Source: Gemmatimonadota bacterium (GTDB taxonomy: Bacteria > Gemmatimonadota > Gemmatimonadetes > Gemmatimonadales > GWC2-71-9). From it: a stretch of DNA of 64,000 nucleotides. The DNA is taken from NCBI GenBank assembly GCA_003222115.1, contig QHUL01000054.1, positions 56,925 through 120,924 on the forward strand, given 5' to 3'. Under the pieces are notes generated by a model. That model saw only the letters and a program-made list of their open reading frames with translations, had not been told where the DNA came from and did no database searches. The translations under genes were made by a program, and so were the position numbers. Every line of letters starts with the position of its first letter. Position 1 is the stretch's first letter. Below are positions 18,163 through 28,291 of the stretch, one piece after another.

Positions 18163-20090
18163 GCGTGCAGCGCTCGGGACTCAGTCTGCGCACGCTGCTG
18201 CTGCTGCTCGTTCTCGCGGCAGCGCTCTACGCAGCGGGGCTCTCGATCTACCTCACCCTGTCGGTCGGCCGCGCGGCGGCGTCGCTCGGCGAGGGCGCGG
18301 AGGCGGTCGTTTACCAGCTCGAGGACCTTACGCACCGCGACGACGCGCTCGACCGGGCCGTGACCGAGGCGCGTCGCGTACTGGACGGGCCTGCGGCACC
18401 TGACCCGCGCGCATTGCGGCTCATCCGCACCCTCGCGGCCGCCGGCGGCACGCGCAGCCGGGCGGTGACCTTCGCCAAGGTGCCCGGTGTGATGCGGGTC
18501 GAGGCGGCGCGAACCGACGAGCGGATGTCGCGCCTGGGCGACGCCCTCACCGAACTCGCCGCCCTCGCGGAACTGGGGCGGCGAGGCGCAGCCCGGGAGC
18601 AGCTCCGCGCAACCGACTCGCTCCACGACCTTGTCGGCGAGAGCCTGGCCGCGTCCGGCGATCTCGCTCGGTCGGACTTGCTCGACCGCCAGCGGGCGCT
18701 GCGGGCGGCAACGACGCAGGCCTCGCGAGTGGCGCTCGGGTGGCTCGCGATCGGGGTCCTGTTCATCCCGCTCTCCTTCCTGATCGTCCGCCGCCGCGTC
18801 GTCCGGCCCCTCGAGACGCTCGAGCAGGCGCTGGTCCGCGTCGCCGAGGGCGATCTCACGGTGCAGGTCGAGGCGGCCCATACGGACGAGCTGGGCCGGC
18901 TGGCTGAGCACTTCAACGACATGACGCGCGTGCTGCGCGACCGTGCCGAGGGGCAGGGCCGGTTCGCGGCCGCGGGTGAGCTGTTGGCGGGGGTCGCGCA
19001 CGAGGTGAACAATCCGCTCATGGCCATCGCCGCGCACGCCGAGAACCGTCTTGCCGACCCCGCGGTCACGGAGGAGCAGCGGGCCGAGATGACGCAGATC
19101 CTGCGACAGGCGCGGCGGGCGTCCAAGCTGCTGCGCGGCCTGCTGCGGTTCGTGCGGGCCACGGAGCGCGAGGTGGGCATGGTCAACCTCAACGACGTGG
19201 TCCGCGGGGCGCTCGACCTCGTGTCCTATCGCTTCGGCGTGGACGAGATCGCCGTGGGCGGCCGGCTCGATCCCGCCTTGCCCGCCGTGCAGGGCGACGC
19301 CATCAAGCTCGAGCAGGTGCTCGTGAATCTCCTATCCAACGCGATCGAGTCGCTGCGGGGCGTCGAGCGCCCGCGGCGGCTGACGGTGGACACCTGGGCC
19401 CAGGAGGGCCGCGTCCTCGTGGCGGTGGAAGACGGCGGTCGCGGCGTCGCCCCCGAAGTCGCGCCGCAGTTGTTCCGCCCGTTCGCGACGACCAAGGGCC
19501 GGCGGGGAACAGGGCTCGGTCTCTACATCTCACGCCAGATCGCGCGCGAGGCGGGCGGCGATCTGGTGCTCGACCCCGCGGCCGGGCGCGGCGCCCGGTT
19601 CGTCGTGTCACTGCCCGTCGCCGCGGTTCCCGAACCGGCCCTCCCTGCGGCGCCGGAGGCGGCCGGCGCCCGCTCGAGCGGCCCGCGGCGAGCGCCGCCC
19701 GGTGCCGCGTCCCTCAAGGATCTCCGCATCCTGATCGTGGACGACGAGGATGCGGTGCGCCGCCCCATGGCCAAATACCTGACTCGACGCGGCGCGCGGG
19801 TGACGGAGGCGCCCGACGGGGAGGCCGCGCTGGCGCGGCTGCGGGACGGAGCGTTCGACATCATCCTCGCGGACCTCCGCATGCCGCGCATGGGCGGCGT
19901 GGAGCTGTACGCCCGGCTCGAGCAGGCCCATCCGGAGGTCGCGGCGCGGGTGCTCTTCCTCTCGGGCGACATCTCGCAGCTCGCCGAGCCGGGAAACACG
20001 CCGGTGGCGCGCGAGCGCGTGCTCGTGAAGCCGGTGGAGCTGAGTGAGCTGGAGCGCAGGATCGTGGAGTTCGCGCTAGACAGGGCGTAG
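18159..20090 (+). CDS. Hybrid sensor histidine kinase (TM-sensor-TM-HAMP-HisKA-HATPase-REC)
   Basis: DELGRLAEHFNDM (HAMP), AHEVNNPL (H-box), NLLSNA, GTGLGL, ILIVDDE..DLRMP (receiver). Confidence 0.93.
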   Translation: MSVQRSGLSLRTLLLLLVLAAALYAAGLSIYLTLSVGRAAASLGEGAEAVVYQLEDLTHRDDALDRAVTEARRVLDGPAAPDPRALRLIRTLAAAGGTRSRAVTFAKVPGVMRVEAARTDERMSRLGDALTELAALAELGRRGAAREQLRATDSLHDLVGESLAASGDLARSDLLDRQRALRAATTQASRVALGWLAIGVLFIPLSFLIVRRRVVRPLETLEQALVRVAEGDLTVQVEAAHTDELGRLAEHFNDMTRVLRDRAEGQGRFAAAGELLAGVAHEVNNPLMAIAAHAENRLADPAVTEEQRAEMTQILRQARRASKLLRGLLRFVRATEREVGMVNLNDVVRGALDLVSYRFGVDEIAVGGRLDPALPAVQGDAIKLEQVLVNLLSNAIESLRGVERPRRLTVDTWAQEGRVLVAVEDGGRGVAPEVAPQLFRPFATTKGRRGTGLGLYISRQIAREAGGDLVLDPAAGRGARFVVSLPVAAVPEPALPAAPEAAGARSSGPRRAPPGAASLKDLRILIVDDEDAVRRPMAKYLTRRGARVTEAPDGEAALARLRDGAFDIILADLRMPRMGGVELYARLEQAHPEVAARVLFLSGDISQLAEPGNTPVARERVLVKPVELSELERRIVEFALDRA

Positions 20091-20145
20091 GGCGTGGGGC
20101 GTAGGCGCTCGGGCCGCCCACTCGACGCCCCACGCCCAACGCCCT
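20082..20145. repeat. Inverted 7-mer repeat hairpin ((R)GGGCGT x3 ... ACGCCC(N) x3)
   Basis: agggcgt agggcgt ggggcgt ... acgcccc acgccca acgccct; overlaps the kinase stop codon. Confidence 0.8.
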
Positions 20146-20155
20146 ATCATGCAGC

Positions 20156-20425
20156 ATGCTGGTGGTCGCCGTGCTGCTCGTGACGGTGCTGATGCGGATC
20201 GCGATCGTGTGCGCCGTCGTCTACCTGCTGCTTCCGCCGGGCCCGCTCTGTCCGCACTGCCGCAGCGCCATGCTGCCGATCCGCAACCGCTTCCTGGATC
20301 GGCTGCTGCCCGCGATTCAGCGTCGCTGGTGCCTGGAGTGCGGTTGGAACGGCGTGGTGCGGCGCGGGCAGGCGAGGCCGACGCGCACCGCCGCTCCCCC
20401 GGCACACCGTCCCAGCGCCCGATGA
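20156..20425 (+). CDS. Small membrane-anchored zinc-ribbon protein
   Basis: Hydrophobic N-terminus followed by CPHC...CLECGW; TATCAT 5 nt before the ATG. Confidence 0.65.
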   Translation: MLVVAVLLVTVLMRIAIVCAVVYLLLPPGPLCPHCRSAMLPIRNRFLDRLLPAIQRRWCLECGWNGVVRRGQARPTRTAAPPAHRPSAR

Positions 20426-20437
20426 TCCCCACGCGGA

Positions 20438-21679
20438 TTATTTCGTGATCAGGCGCGCGGCGCGTTCGTAGAAGAAGTAATCCCAGGCCCAGTTGAGCAG
20501 CACGAACAGCTTGTTGCGGAATCCGATGAGCTGGATGAGGTGCACGATCAGCCACACCACCCAGGCCGGGAACCCCTTGAAACCGATCCCGCGGATGTAG
20601 GCGACGGCGGCATTGCGGCCGATGGTGGCGAGCGAGCCGGGGTCGCGGTAGCGGAACGCCTGAGGGAGCTCCCCGTGCAGCTGGCGGGTGACGTTGGCGG
20701 CGGCCGTCTCGGCCATCTGGAGCGCCACGGGGGCCATCATCGGCAGCGGCTGGCCGTCCGCCTCGAGGTAGGCCGCGTCGCCGATCACGTAGATCTCCGG
20801 ATGTCCGCCCACCTGCAGTGTGGGGGCGACGCCGATCCGGCCCTGCCGCCCGGTGGGGAGCCCGAGCCGGCCGGTGAGCGACACCGCCCGCGCCCCGGCG
20901 GCCCAGATCAGCGTCCGCGCGGGAATCACTTCCCCGCCCTTCAGCCGCACGCGCTCTCCGTCGTAGTCTTCCACCGCCGCGCCGAACCGCACCTCGACTT
21001 TCTTACGCCACAGCGTCTCCGCCGCCGCCTCCCCGAGGCGCGCCGGCATGCCGCCGAGCAGCCGGTCGGTCGCTTCGAGCAGCAGAATGCGCACGTCCTT
21101 CACGTTGAGGCGTGGATAGTCCTTCACGAGCACCAGCCGGATGAGCTCCGAGAGGGCTCCCGCCATCTCCACGCCCGTCGGCCCACCGCCCACCACGACG
21201 AAGGTGAGCTCGGCGCGCCGGCGCTCGGGATCCGGCTCCAGCATCGCGTTTTCGAAGCGCCGCAGCACGTGGTTGCGGATCGCGAGGGCGTCGGGGATGT
21301 CCTTGAGCCCGAACCCCCGGCGCGCGATGCCCTCGAGCCCGAAATAGTTCGTCTCGCCGCCCACCGCGAGAATCAGGTAGTCGTAGGCGACGGGGCCGTT
21401 GTCGGTGACGACCCGCTTGCCGGTCGGATCGAGGCCGGTGACCTCGACCATGCGGAACTCGAAGTTGTCTTGACCCCGCACGATCGCCCGCACCGGCCGC
21501 GCGATCTGCTCGGGCTCGAGCCCGGCGGTCGCCACTTGGTAGAGGAGCGGCTGAAACAGGTGATAGTTGTGCCGGTCGAGCAGCACCACGTTCACCGCTG
21601 CCCGGCGCAGCGCGCGCGCCGCCCGCAGGCCGCCGAAGCCGGCGCCGACGATGACGACCGTGGGTTGTGCCGCGCTCAC
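20438..21679 (-). CDS. ndh: Type II NADH dehydrogenase (NDH-2)
   Basis: [46 protein letters not shown]. Confidence 0.9.
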   Translation of the reverse strand: MSAAQPTVVIVGAGFGGLRAARALRRAAVNVVLLDRHNYHLFQPLLYQVATAGLEPEQIARPVRAIVRGQDNFEFRMVEVTGLDPTGKRVVTDNGPVAYDYLILAVGGETNYFGLEGIARRGFGLKDIPDALAIRNHVLRRFENAMLEPDPERRRAELTFVVVGGGPTGVEMAGALSELIRLVLVKDYPRLNVKDVRILLLEATDRLLGGMPARLGEAAAETLWRKKVEVRFGAAVEDYDGERVRLKGGEVIPARTLIWAAGARAVSLTGRLGLPTGRQGRIGVAPTLQVGGHPEIYVIGDAAYLEADGQPLPMMAPVALQMAETAAANVTRQLHGELPQAFRYRDPGSLATIGRNAAVAYIRGIGFKGFPAWVVWLIVHLIQLIGFRNKLFVLLNWAWDYFFYERAARLITK

Positions 21680-22077
21680 AGCGATTCGGACAGAATCGCG
21701 AGGTCGCTCTCCGGACCGCCCCGCAAGGTGTCCCGGATGGTGTTGTCGGGATTGAGCAGAACGATGGTGGGTCGGTGCCGTTGCGCTTCCTCCGGCGTCA
21801 TCTGCGCGTAGCTGATGATGATCACCGGATCCCCCGCCTGCACGAGGCGCGCCGCCGCCCCGTTCACGCAGATCGTGCCCGAGCCCGCCTTGCCCCCGAT
21901 GGCGTAGGTGTCGAAGCGCGCGCCGTTGGCGATATCGACGACCTGGACGCGCTCGAACGGCAGCAGGTTGGCGGCCTCCATGAGGTGGCCGTCGATCGTG
22001 ATGCTGCCCTCGTAGTGCAGCGCCGCCTGCGTCACCGTGGCGCGATGCAGCTTCGATTTGCAGAGCGTCCAGAGCAC
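21676..22077 (-). CDS. panD: Aspartate 1-decarboxylase
   Basis: [18 protein letters not shown] autocleavage site, [15 protein letters not shown]. Confidence 0.95.
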   Translation of the reverse strand: MLWTLCKSKLHRATVTQAALHYEGSITIDGHLMEAANLLPFERVQVVDIANGARFDTYAIGGKAGSGTICVNGAAARLVQAGDPVIIISYAQMTPEEAQRHRPTIVLLNPDNTIRDTLRGGPESDLAILSESL

Positions 22078-22126
22078 GTTGGGCCTTTGCCGGCGGGATG
22101 TTCAGAAAGCTAACTCCGCGGCGCGC

Positions 22127-22156
22127 TTGCTAGTTCCCCCCGGAGGCAGGTATCAT
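22127..22156 (+). promoter_or_regulatory. Sigma70-like promoter for sdhCAB
   Basis: TTGCTA-18 nt-TATCAT, 10 nt before the sdhC ATG. Confidence 0.5.
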
Positions 22157-22166
22157 CTCACCGTTC

Positions 22167-22868
22167 ATGACTCCACCCGTCGCCGCTCACGCGCCCGCCA
22201 CGCCGCGCCTCGTCCGCTCGTTGATCGGCAAGAAGGTGATCATGGCCATCACGGGCGTGATCCTGCTGCTGTTCGTCATCGCACACCTGCTCGGCAACCT
22301 GAAGGTCTTTCAGGGGGCGGAGCACTTCAATGCCTACGCGGAAGGCCTGCGCACGCTGGGCGCGCCCTTCTTCCCCCGCGGGTCGCTGCTGTGGGTGGCC
22401 CGCGTCGTGCTGCTCGTGGCCGTGGGCGCCCACATCTGGGCGGCGATTGTGGTGACGCGTGCGAGCTGGGGCGCGCGCCCCGTCGGCTATCACGCGCTCG
22501 AGGCGGTCGAGACCACGTACGCGGCGCGGACGATGCGGTGGGGGGGCGTGATCATCGTGCTGTACGTGATCTATCACCTGCTCGACTTCACCTTCGGGCG
22601 CGTCAATCCGAGCTTCGTCCCCGGCGACGTGTACCACAACGTGATCGCAAGCTTCCGCGCGTGGCCGGTGTCGGCTGGCTACGGCGTCGCCATGGTCGTC
22701 GTGGGCCTGCACGTCTACCACGGCCTGTGGAGCGCGTTTCAGACCCTGGGCCTCAACCGGCCCCCGACCGTACGGTGGCGTCGCGGCGTGGCAGGGATGG
22801 TCGCGGGGCTGATCACCGCCGGCTACATCGCCATCCCGGTGGCGGTGCTCGCCGGGGTCCTGCGCTGA
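22167..22868 (+). CDS. sdhC: Succinate dehydrogenase/fumarate reductase cytochrome b subunit
   Basis: [19 protein letters not shown], heme His residues, [11 protein letters not shown]. Confidence 0.92.
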   Translation: MTPPVAAHAPATPRLVRSLIGKKVIMAITGVILLLFVIAHLLGNLKVFQGAEHFNAYAEGLRTLGAPFFPRGSLLWVARVVLLVAVGAHIWAAIVVTRASWGARPVGYHALEAVETTYAARTMRWGGVIIVLYVIYHLLDFTFGRVNPSFVPGDVYHNVIASFRAWPVSAGYGVAMVVVGLHVYHGLWSAFQTLGLNRPPTVRWRRGVAGMVAGLITAGYIAIPVAVLAGVLR

Positions 22869-22870
22869 CC

Positions 22871-24784
22871 GTGGAGCTCCGCTCCAAGGTGCCGTCGGGC
22901 CCGCTCGCGGAGCAGTGGGAGCGGCACCGCGCCGAGATCAAGCTCGTGAACCCGGCGAACAAGCTGAAGCACCGCATCATCGTGGTCGGTTCTGGGCTCG
23001 CTGGGGCGTCGGCGGCCGCGTCGCTCGCCGAGCTCGGGTACAACGTCTCCTGCTTCTGCTTCCAGGACTCCGCCCGACGCGCGCACTCGATCGCCGCCCA
23101 GGGCGGCATCAACGCGGCGAAGAACTACCAGAACGACGGTGACTCGGTGTTCCGGCTGTTCTACGACACCGTGAAGGGCGGCGACTTCCGAGCGCGCGAG
23201 GCCAACGTGTACCGCCTCGCCCAGATCAGCGTCAACATCATCGACCAGTGTGTGGCGCAGGGCGTGCCGTTCGCGCGGGAGTACGGCGGCCTGCTCGCGA
23301 ACCGCTCGTTCGGCGGCGTCCAGGTCTCGCGCACGTTCTACGCGCGCGGCCAGACCGGCCAGCAGCTCTTGCTCGGGGCCTACCAGGCGTTGTCCCGCCA
23401 GATCGGCCTCTCTAAGGTCACGATGTACCCGCGCAGCGAGATGCTCGACCTGGTCGTGGTGGACGGTCGCGCGCGGGGCATCATCGTGCGCGACCTCGTC
23501 AGCGGCCGGGTGAGTGCGCACGGGGGCGACGCGGTCGTGCTCGCGACGGGCGGGTACAGCAACGTCTACTATCTCTCGACCAACGCGAAGGGTTGCAACG
23601 TGACCGCGATCTGGCGGGCTCACAAGCGCGGGGCCGCCTTCGCGAACCCCTGCTTCACCCAGATCCACCCCACCTGCATTCCGGTGACGGGCCACCACCA
23701 GGCGAAGCTCACGCTGATGAGCGAGTCCCTGCGGAACGACGGCCGCATCTGGGTGCCGCGGCGCAAGGGCGACACCCGGAGTCCCAACGAGATCCCGGAC
23801 GACGAGCGCGACTACTACCTCGAGCGGCTGTATCCGAGCTACGGCAACCTCGCCCCGCGGGACATCGCCTCGCGGCGCGCCAAGGAGGTGTGCGACGAAG
23901 GCCGGGGTGTGGGCCCGGGAGGTCACGGTGTCTACCTGGACTTCCGCGATGCGATCGCCCGGCTCGGCCGCGAGGTGATTGCCGAGCGCTACGGCAACCT
24001 GTTCGAGATGTACCAGCGGATTACGGCGGAGAATCCGTTCGCCGCGCCGATGCGCATCTATCCGGCGCCGCACTACACGATGGGCGGGCTGTGGGTGGAC
24101 TACAACCTGATGACGACGATCGACGGGCTGTACGCGATCGGCGAAGCCAACTACTCCGATCATGGGGCGAACCGGCTCGGGGCGAGCGCCTTGATGCAAG
24201 GGCTCGCGGACGGCTACTTCATCCTGCCCTACACGATCGGCGACTATCTCGCGCAGGTGAAACTCGACCAGCTCGACACGGCGCACCCGGCGTTTCGGCG
24301 GACGCAGGCCGAGGTGAGCGACCGCGTGAACAAACTGGTCGCCGCGGGGGGCCGGAAGAGCGTCGACGCCTTCCACCGCGAGTTGGGCCGACTGCTGTGG
24401 GACAACTGCGGCATGTCGCGCGCCGCGGCGGGGTTGCAGGAGGCACGGGACAGGATCTGCGTGCTGCGCGAGGAGTTCTGGCGCGACGTCTACGTCGGCG
24501 GCACGGGCGAGGATTTCAACCAGACGCTCGAGCACGCGGGCCGCGTCGCGGACTTCCTCGAGTTCGCCGAGCTGATGTGCCACGACGCCCTGCATCGCGA
24601 GGAATCGTGCGGCTGTCACTTCCGCGAGGAGTATCAGACGCCTGAGGGTGAGGCGAAGCGTGACGACGCCCGCTTCGGTTACGTCGCCGCCTGGGAGTTC
24701 GCGGGCGTTGGGGTCGCGCCGGTGCTGCACCGGGAGCCGCTCGAGTTCGCCACCGTGCATCCGGCGCAGCGGAGCTACACCTAA
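22871..24784 (+). CDS. sdhA: Succinate dehydrogenase/fumarate reductase flavoprotein
   Basis: [18 protein letters not shown] (covalent FAD His), [22 protein letters not shown]. Confidence 0.95.
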   Translation: MELRSKVPSGPLAEQWERHRAEIKLVNPANKLKHRIIVVGSGLAGASAAASLAELGYNVSCFCFQDSARRAHSIAAQGGINAAKNYQNDGDSVFRLFYDTVKGGDFRAREANVYRLAQISVNIIDQCVAQGVPFAREYGGLLANRSFGGVQVSRTFYARGQTGQQLLLGAYQALSRQIGLSKVTMYPRSEMLDLVVVDGRARGIIVRDLVSGRVSAHGGDAVVLATGGYSNVYYLSTNAKGCNVTAIWRAHKRGAAFANPCFTQIHPTCIPVTGHHQAKLTLMSESLRNDGRIWVPRRKGDTRSPNEIPDDERDYYLERLYPSYGNLAPRDIASRRAKEVCDEGRGVGPGGHGVYLDFRDAIARLGREVIAERYGNLFEMYQRITAENPFAAPMRIYPAPHYTMGGLWVDYNLMTTIDGLYAIGEANYSDHGANRLGASALMQGLADGYFILPYTIGDYLAQVKLDQLDTAHPAFRRTQAEVSDRVNKLVAAGGRKSVDAFHRELGRLLWDNCGMSRAAAGLQEARDRICVLREEFWRDVYVGGTGEDFNQTLEHAGRVADFLEFAELMCHDALHREESCGCHFREEYQTPEGEAKRDDARFGYVAAWEFAGVGVAPVLHREPLEFATVHPAQRSYT

Positions 24785-25533
24785 TGAAGGTCACGCTCCA
24801 CGTGTGGCGCCAAGCGGGCCCCGCTGCCCCCGGCAGGTTCGTCCGCTACGACATGACGGACGTGAGCCCCGACATGTCGTTCCTCGAGATGCTGGACGTC
24901 CTGAACCAGCAGCTCATCGCGCGGCGGGAGGAACCCATCGCGTTCGACCATGACTGTCGGGAGGGGATCTGCGGCGCGTGTGGCATGGTGATCAACGGGC
25001 GGCCGCACGGCCCGCAGCGTGCCACCACGGCTTGTCAGCTGCACATGCGGACCTTTCCAGACGGCGCCGAACTGTGGATCGAGCCGTGGCGCGCCAGGGC
25101 CTTCCCGCTCATCAAGGACCTGGTGGTGGACCGCGGGGCCCTCGATCGCATCGTCCAGGCCGGAGGATTCATCACCGTGCGCACGGGCAGCGCCCCCGAG
25201 GCGAACGCGATTCCGGTGCCCAAGCGGGACGCGGATCTCGCGATGGACGCCGCGGCATGCATCGGATGCGGCGCCTGCGTCGCGGCGTGCCCTAACGCCT
25301 CCGCGATGTTGTTCGTGGCGGCCAAGGTGTCGCATCTGGGGTTGCTGCCGCAGGGGCAGCCCGAGCGCTCCACTCGCGTGGCGAACCTGGTGGCGCAGAT
25401 GGACGCGGAGGGGTTCGGGGCGTGTACCAACCACGGCGAGTGCATGGCGGCGTGCCCCAAGGAAATCAGCATCGACTTCATCGCGCGGCTGAACCGGGAC
25501 TACATCAAAGCCGCCATCAGCCATGAAGGCTGA
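24784..25533 (+). CDS. sdhB: Succinate dehydrogenase/fumarate reductase Fe-S subunit
   Basis: [33 protein letters not shown]. Confidence 0.95.
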   Translation: MKVTLHVWRQAGPAAPGRFVRYDMTDVSPDMSFLEMLDVLNQQLIARREEPIAFDHDCREGICGACGMVINGRPHGPQRATTACQLHMRTFPDGAELWIEPWRARAFPLIKDLVVDRGALDRIVQAGGFITVRTGSAPEANAIPVPKRDADLAMDAAACIGCGACVAACPNASAMLFVAAKVSHLGLLPQGQPERSTRVANLVAQMDAEGFGACTNHGECMAACPKEISIDFIARLNRDYIKAAISHEG

Positions 25534-26452
25534 CGGCGCCCATCGTCTCCTTCACGGCCTCGGCGGACTGCTTGAGGGCGGCCTGCTCCTCCGGGGAGAG
25601 CTTCACCTCGATGATCTGCTCCAAGCCACGCCGCCCCAGCTTGCACGGCACGCCGCAGTACATCCCGGACAACCCGTACTCCCCCTGGAGCCACGCCGCG
25701 CAAGGGAGGACGCGCTTCTTGTCGAGCACGATTGCGGCGACCATCTGCGCGACCGCGGCCGAAGGGGCATAATAGGCGGAGCCGGTCTTGAGATGGCCGA
25801 CGATCTCGGCCCCGCCGTTGCGCGTGCGCTCGACGATCTTGTCGAGCCTCGCTTTGTCGAGGAGCTGGGTGACGGGGATTCCGGAGACCGTGGTGTAGGC
25901 GACGAGCGGCACCATGGTGTCGCCGTGACCGCCCAATACCATCGCCTGGACGTCCTCGACCGAGACGTCGAGCGCCTCGGCGAGGAAGGCGCGATAGCGT
26001 GCGGTGTCCAGCACGCCCGCCATGCCGATGACCCGCTCACGCGGGAAGCCGGTGACGGTCTTCGTGACCCAGCACATCACATCGAGCGGATTCGACACGA
26101 CGACGACGATCGCCGTCGGGCAGTGCTGCTTGATCTGCCGGGCGACCTGCTGCACGATGTCGGCGTTGGTGCGGACCAGGTCGTCGCGGCTCATCCCCGG
26201 CTTGCGGGCGATGCCCGCCGTCACGACCACGACTTCGCTCCCCGCCGCGGGACCGTAGTCGTTCGCGCCGATGATGCGGGTGTCGAACCCCTCGATCGGC
26301 GCCGACTGCCACTGGTCGAGACCCTTTCCCTGCGGCACGCCTTCGATCACGTCGACCAGGACCACGGTGCGCGCGAGCTGCTGCTCCGCGAGCCGCTGGG
26401 CGGCGGTGGCGCCCACGTTGCCGGCGCCGACCACGGTGATCCTGTTGAGCAT
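25517..26452 (-). CDS. mdh: Malate dehydrogenase (LDH-like)
   Basis: [44 protein letters not shown]. Confidence 0.95.
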   Translation of the reverse strand: MLNRITVVGAGNVGATAAQRLAEQQLARTVVLVDVIEGVPQGKGLDQWQSAPIEGFDTRIIGANDYGPAAGSEVVVVTAGIARKPGMSRDDLVRTNADIVQQVARQIKQHCPTAIVVVVSNPLDVMCWVTKTVTGFPRERVIGMAGVLDTARYRAFLAEALDVSVEDVQAMVLGGHGDTMVPLVAYTTVSGIPVTQLLDKARLDKIVERTRNGGAEIVGHLKTGSAYYAPSAAVAQMVAAIVLDKKRVLPCAAWLQGEYGLSGMYCGVPCKLGRRGLEQIIEVKLSPEEQAALKQSAEAVKETMGAVSLHG

Positions 26453-26508
26453 GACTCAGGGACCTTTCGGCTCGAGGGCGGCCGGATGCGGCGCGCCGCG
26501 TGGACCCC

Positions 26509-27531
26509 TCACCCGCCCCGCGTGTGCATCTCCCGGTGGGGATCGGCGCGCAGTGTCTCGAGGCGGTACAAGGCCCCCCGCTCGGCCACGCCGAGGCGCG
26601 CCTCCGCCCCGCGGTCGCTCCGGCCACGCCACGCGCCGGCGATCAGCTGGGTGAGCTCCTCGTCCGCGGCACCGCGGCGCAGCGGCTCGCGCAGGTCCAC
26701 GCCCTGCGCGGCGTAGAGACACAGGAACCAGGTGCCGTCGGCCGTGAGGCGACTGCGATCGCACGAGCCGCAGAACGGCGCCGTGACCGACGCAATGACG
26801 CCGAACACCGTGCCATCGGGTAAGCGGAACCGCACGGCGGGCGCCGCCGGGCTCTCCTCGGTCCCAACCGGCTCGACCGGTCCGTAGCGGCGCGTCAGGC
26901 GCTCGAGGATCTCCCGCTGCGGCACGACCTGGTCCGTCGTCCAGCGGGTTGCGCCCCCCACGTCCATGTACTCGATGAAGCGGACCTCGGCATCGTGCGA
27001 TCTGCCGAACTCGATCAGGTCCGCCAGCTCGTCGTCGTTGAAGCCACGGACCACCACGGTATTGAGCTTGAGGTGCCGGAATCCGACCTGGCGCGCCGCC
27101 TGGATTCCCGCGACTACGTCGTCGTGGCGGGTGCTCTTCGCGAACTCACGCATGCGCGCGGGTCGCAGCGTGTCGAGGCTCACCGTCACGCGAGCGAGCC
27201 CAGCCCGTCGCAGCGCCTCCGCCTCACGGGCGAGCAGCAGGCCGTTGGTGGTGAGGGCGAGATCTTTGAGACCCGGGACCCGGTCCAGCATGGCCACGAG
27301 CGTCGCGAGCTCGTGCCGCAGCAGCGGCTCGCCGCCCGTCAGCCGCACCTTGTCCACGCCCAGCCCCGAGAATACCCGGACGAGGCGCTCGATCTCCTCG
27401 AACGTGAGGATCGACTCGCGCGGGAGCCACACGTACTCGTCCTCGGGCATGCAGTAGCGGCACCGCATGTTGCACCGGTCGGTGACCGAGATGCGGAGGC
27501 TCCGCAGGGGGCGACCGAAGCGGTCACGCAT
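26509..27531 (-). CDS. moaA: GTP 3',8-cyclase
   Basis: LRISVTDRCNMRCRYC, TGGEP, FCGSCDRSRL..CL, C-terminal GG. Confidence 0.95.
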   Translation of the reverse strand: MRDRFGRPLRSLRISVTDRCNMRCRYCMPEDEYVWLPRESILTFEEIERLVRVFSGLGVDKVRLTGGEPLLRHELATLVAMLDRVPGLKDLALTTNGLLLAREAEALRRAGLARVTVSLDTLRPARMREFAKSTRHDDVVAGIQAARQVGFRHLKLNTVVVRGFNDDELADLIEFGRSHDAEVRFIEYMDVGGATRWTTDQVVPQREILERLTRRYGPVEPVGTEESPAAPAVRFRLPDGTVFGVIASVTAPFCGSCDRSRLTADGTWFLCLYAAQGVDLREPLRRGAADEELTQLIAGAWRGRSDRGAEARLGVAERGALYRLETLRADPHREMHTRGG

Positions 27532-28003
27532 GTGTTGGCAGGTCGGAGGGCCGGCGACCGTCGGGGAGTCCTGGAGGGACGGTGGGACGGCCCGACGGGT
27601 CCACCCAGACCTCCGACCCGTCGCGCCGGATCTCCTTCTTCCACACGGGCAGGCGCCGCTTCACTTCCTCGATCACGTAGCGACAGGCCTCGAATGCCTG
27701 CGCCCGGTGCGGCGCGGCGGCGACGATGGCAATGCTCGGCTCGCCCACGGCCACGTGCCCGAGCCGGTGCCGCAGGGCGATGCGCGCGCCCGGCCAGCGC
27801 TCCCGCGCGTCCCCGACGATTCGCTGCAATTCGGCTTCCGCCATGTCGTCGTAGGCGCTGTACTCGATCGCCGCCACCCCGCTCTCCTCCGGCCCGTTGC
27901 GGACCGTGCCGAGGAACACGCAGGTGCCGCCGCAGTCCGGCGCTGCCGCCTGGGCGATGAGGGCGTCGACGGCGATCGGCTCTCGGCTCAGGTACTCGCC
28001 CAT
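27524..28003 (-). CDS. moaE: Molybdopterin synthase catalytic subunit
   Basis: FLGTVR, HRLG, APHR, KRRLPVWKKE. Confidence 0.92.
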   Translation of the reverse strand: MGEYLSREPIAVDALIAQAAAPDCGGTCVFLGTVRNGPEESGVAAIEYSAYDDMAEAELQRIVGDARERWPGARIALRHRLGHVAVGEPSIAIVAAAPHRAQAFEACRYVIEEVKRRLPVWKKEIRRDGSEVWVDPSGRPTVPPGLPDGRRPSDLPTHA

Positions 28004-28004
28004 G

Positions 28005-28268
28005 TCATCCACCCGCCACCGGGGGAAGGAACGCCACCTCGTCGCCGTCGCGGACGCCCGCGTCCAGCTTCACGTGCTTCAGGTTCACGGCGGCGAGCGG
28101 TCGCTCGGGCAGCTGGCGGGCGCCGGGCAACTCCTCGCGCACGCGGCGAACGACGTCGGCGACGGTGGCCGGCAACGACAGCAACACGGCGGCCTCCTCG
28201 CGCCCTACGAGCTCCGCGTAGCGGGCGAAGAAGCGTACCGTCACCGTTCCCGACCTCGCGACCGTCAT
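28005..28268 (-). CDS. moaD: Molybdopterin synthase sulfur carrier
   Basis: VRFFA, AVN, DGDEVAFLPPVAGG. Confidence 0.92.
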   Translation of the reverse strand: MTVARSGTVTVRFFARYAELVGREEAAVLLSLPATVADVVRRVREELPGARQLPERPLAAVNLKHVKLDAGVRDGDEVAFLPPVAGG

Positions 28269-28291
28269 GCGTCGAAAGATAATACGGCCTC

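Noticed and set aside
25517-25533. Convergent overlap of the sdhB and mdh 3' ends
   Set aside because: A 17-nt tail-to-tail overlap is ordinary in compact genomes.
28269-28291. Moco riboswitch upstream of moaD
   Set aside because: Only 23 nt of intergenic space, too short for the element.
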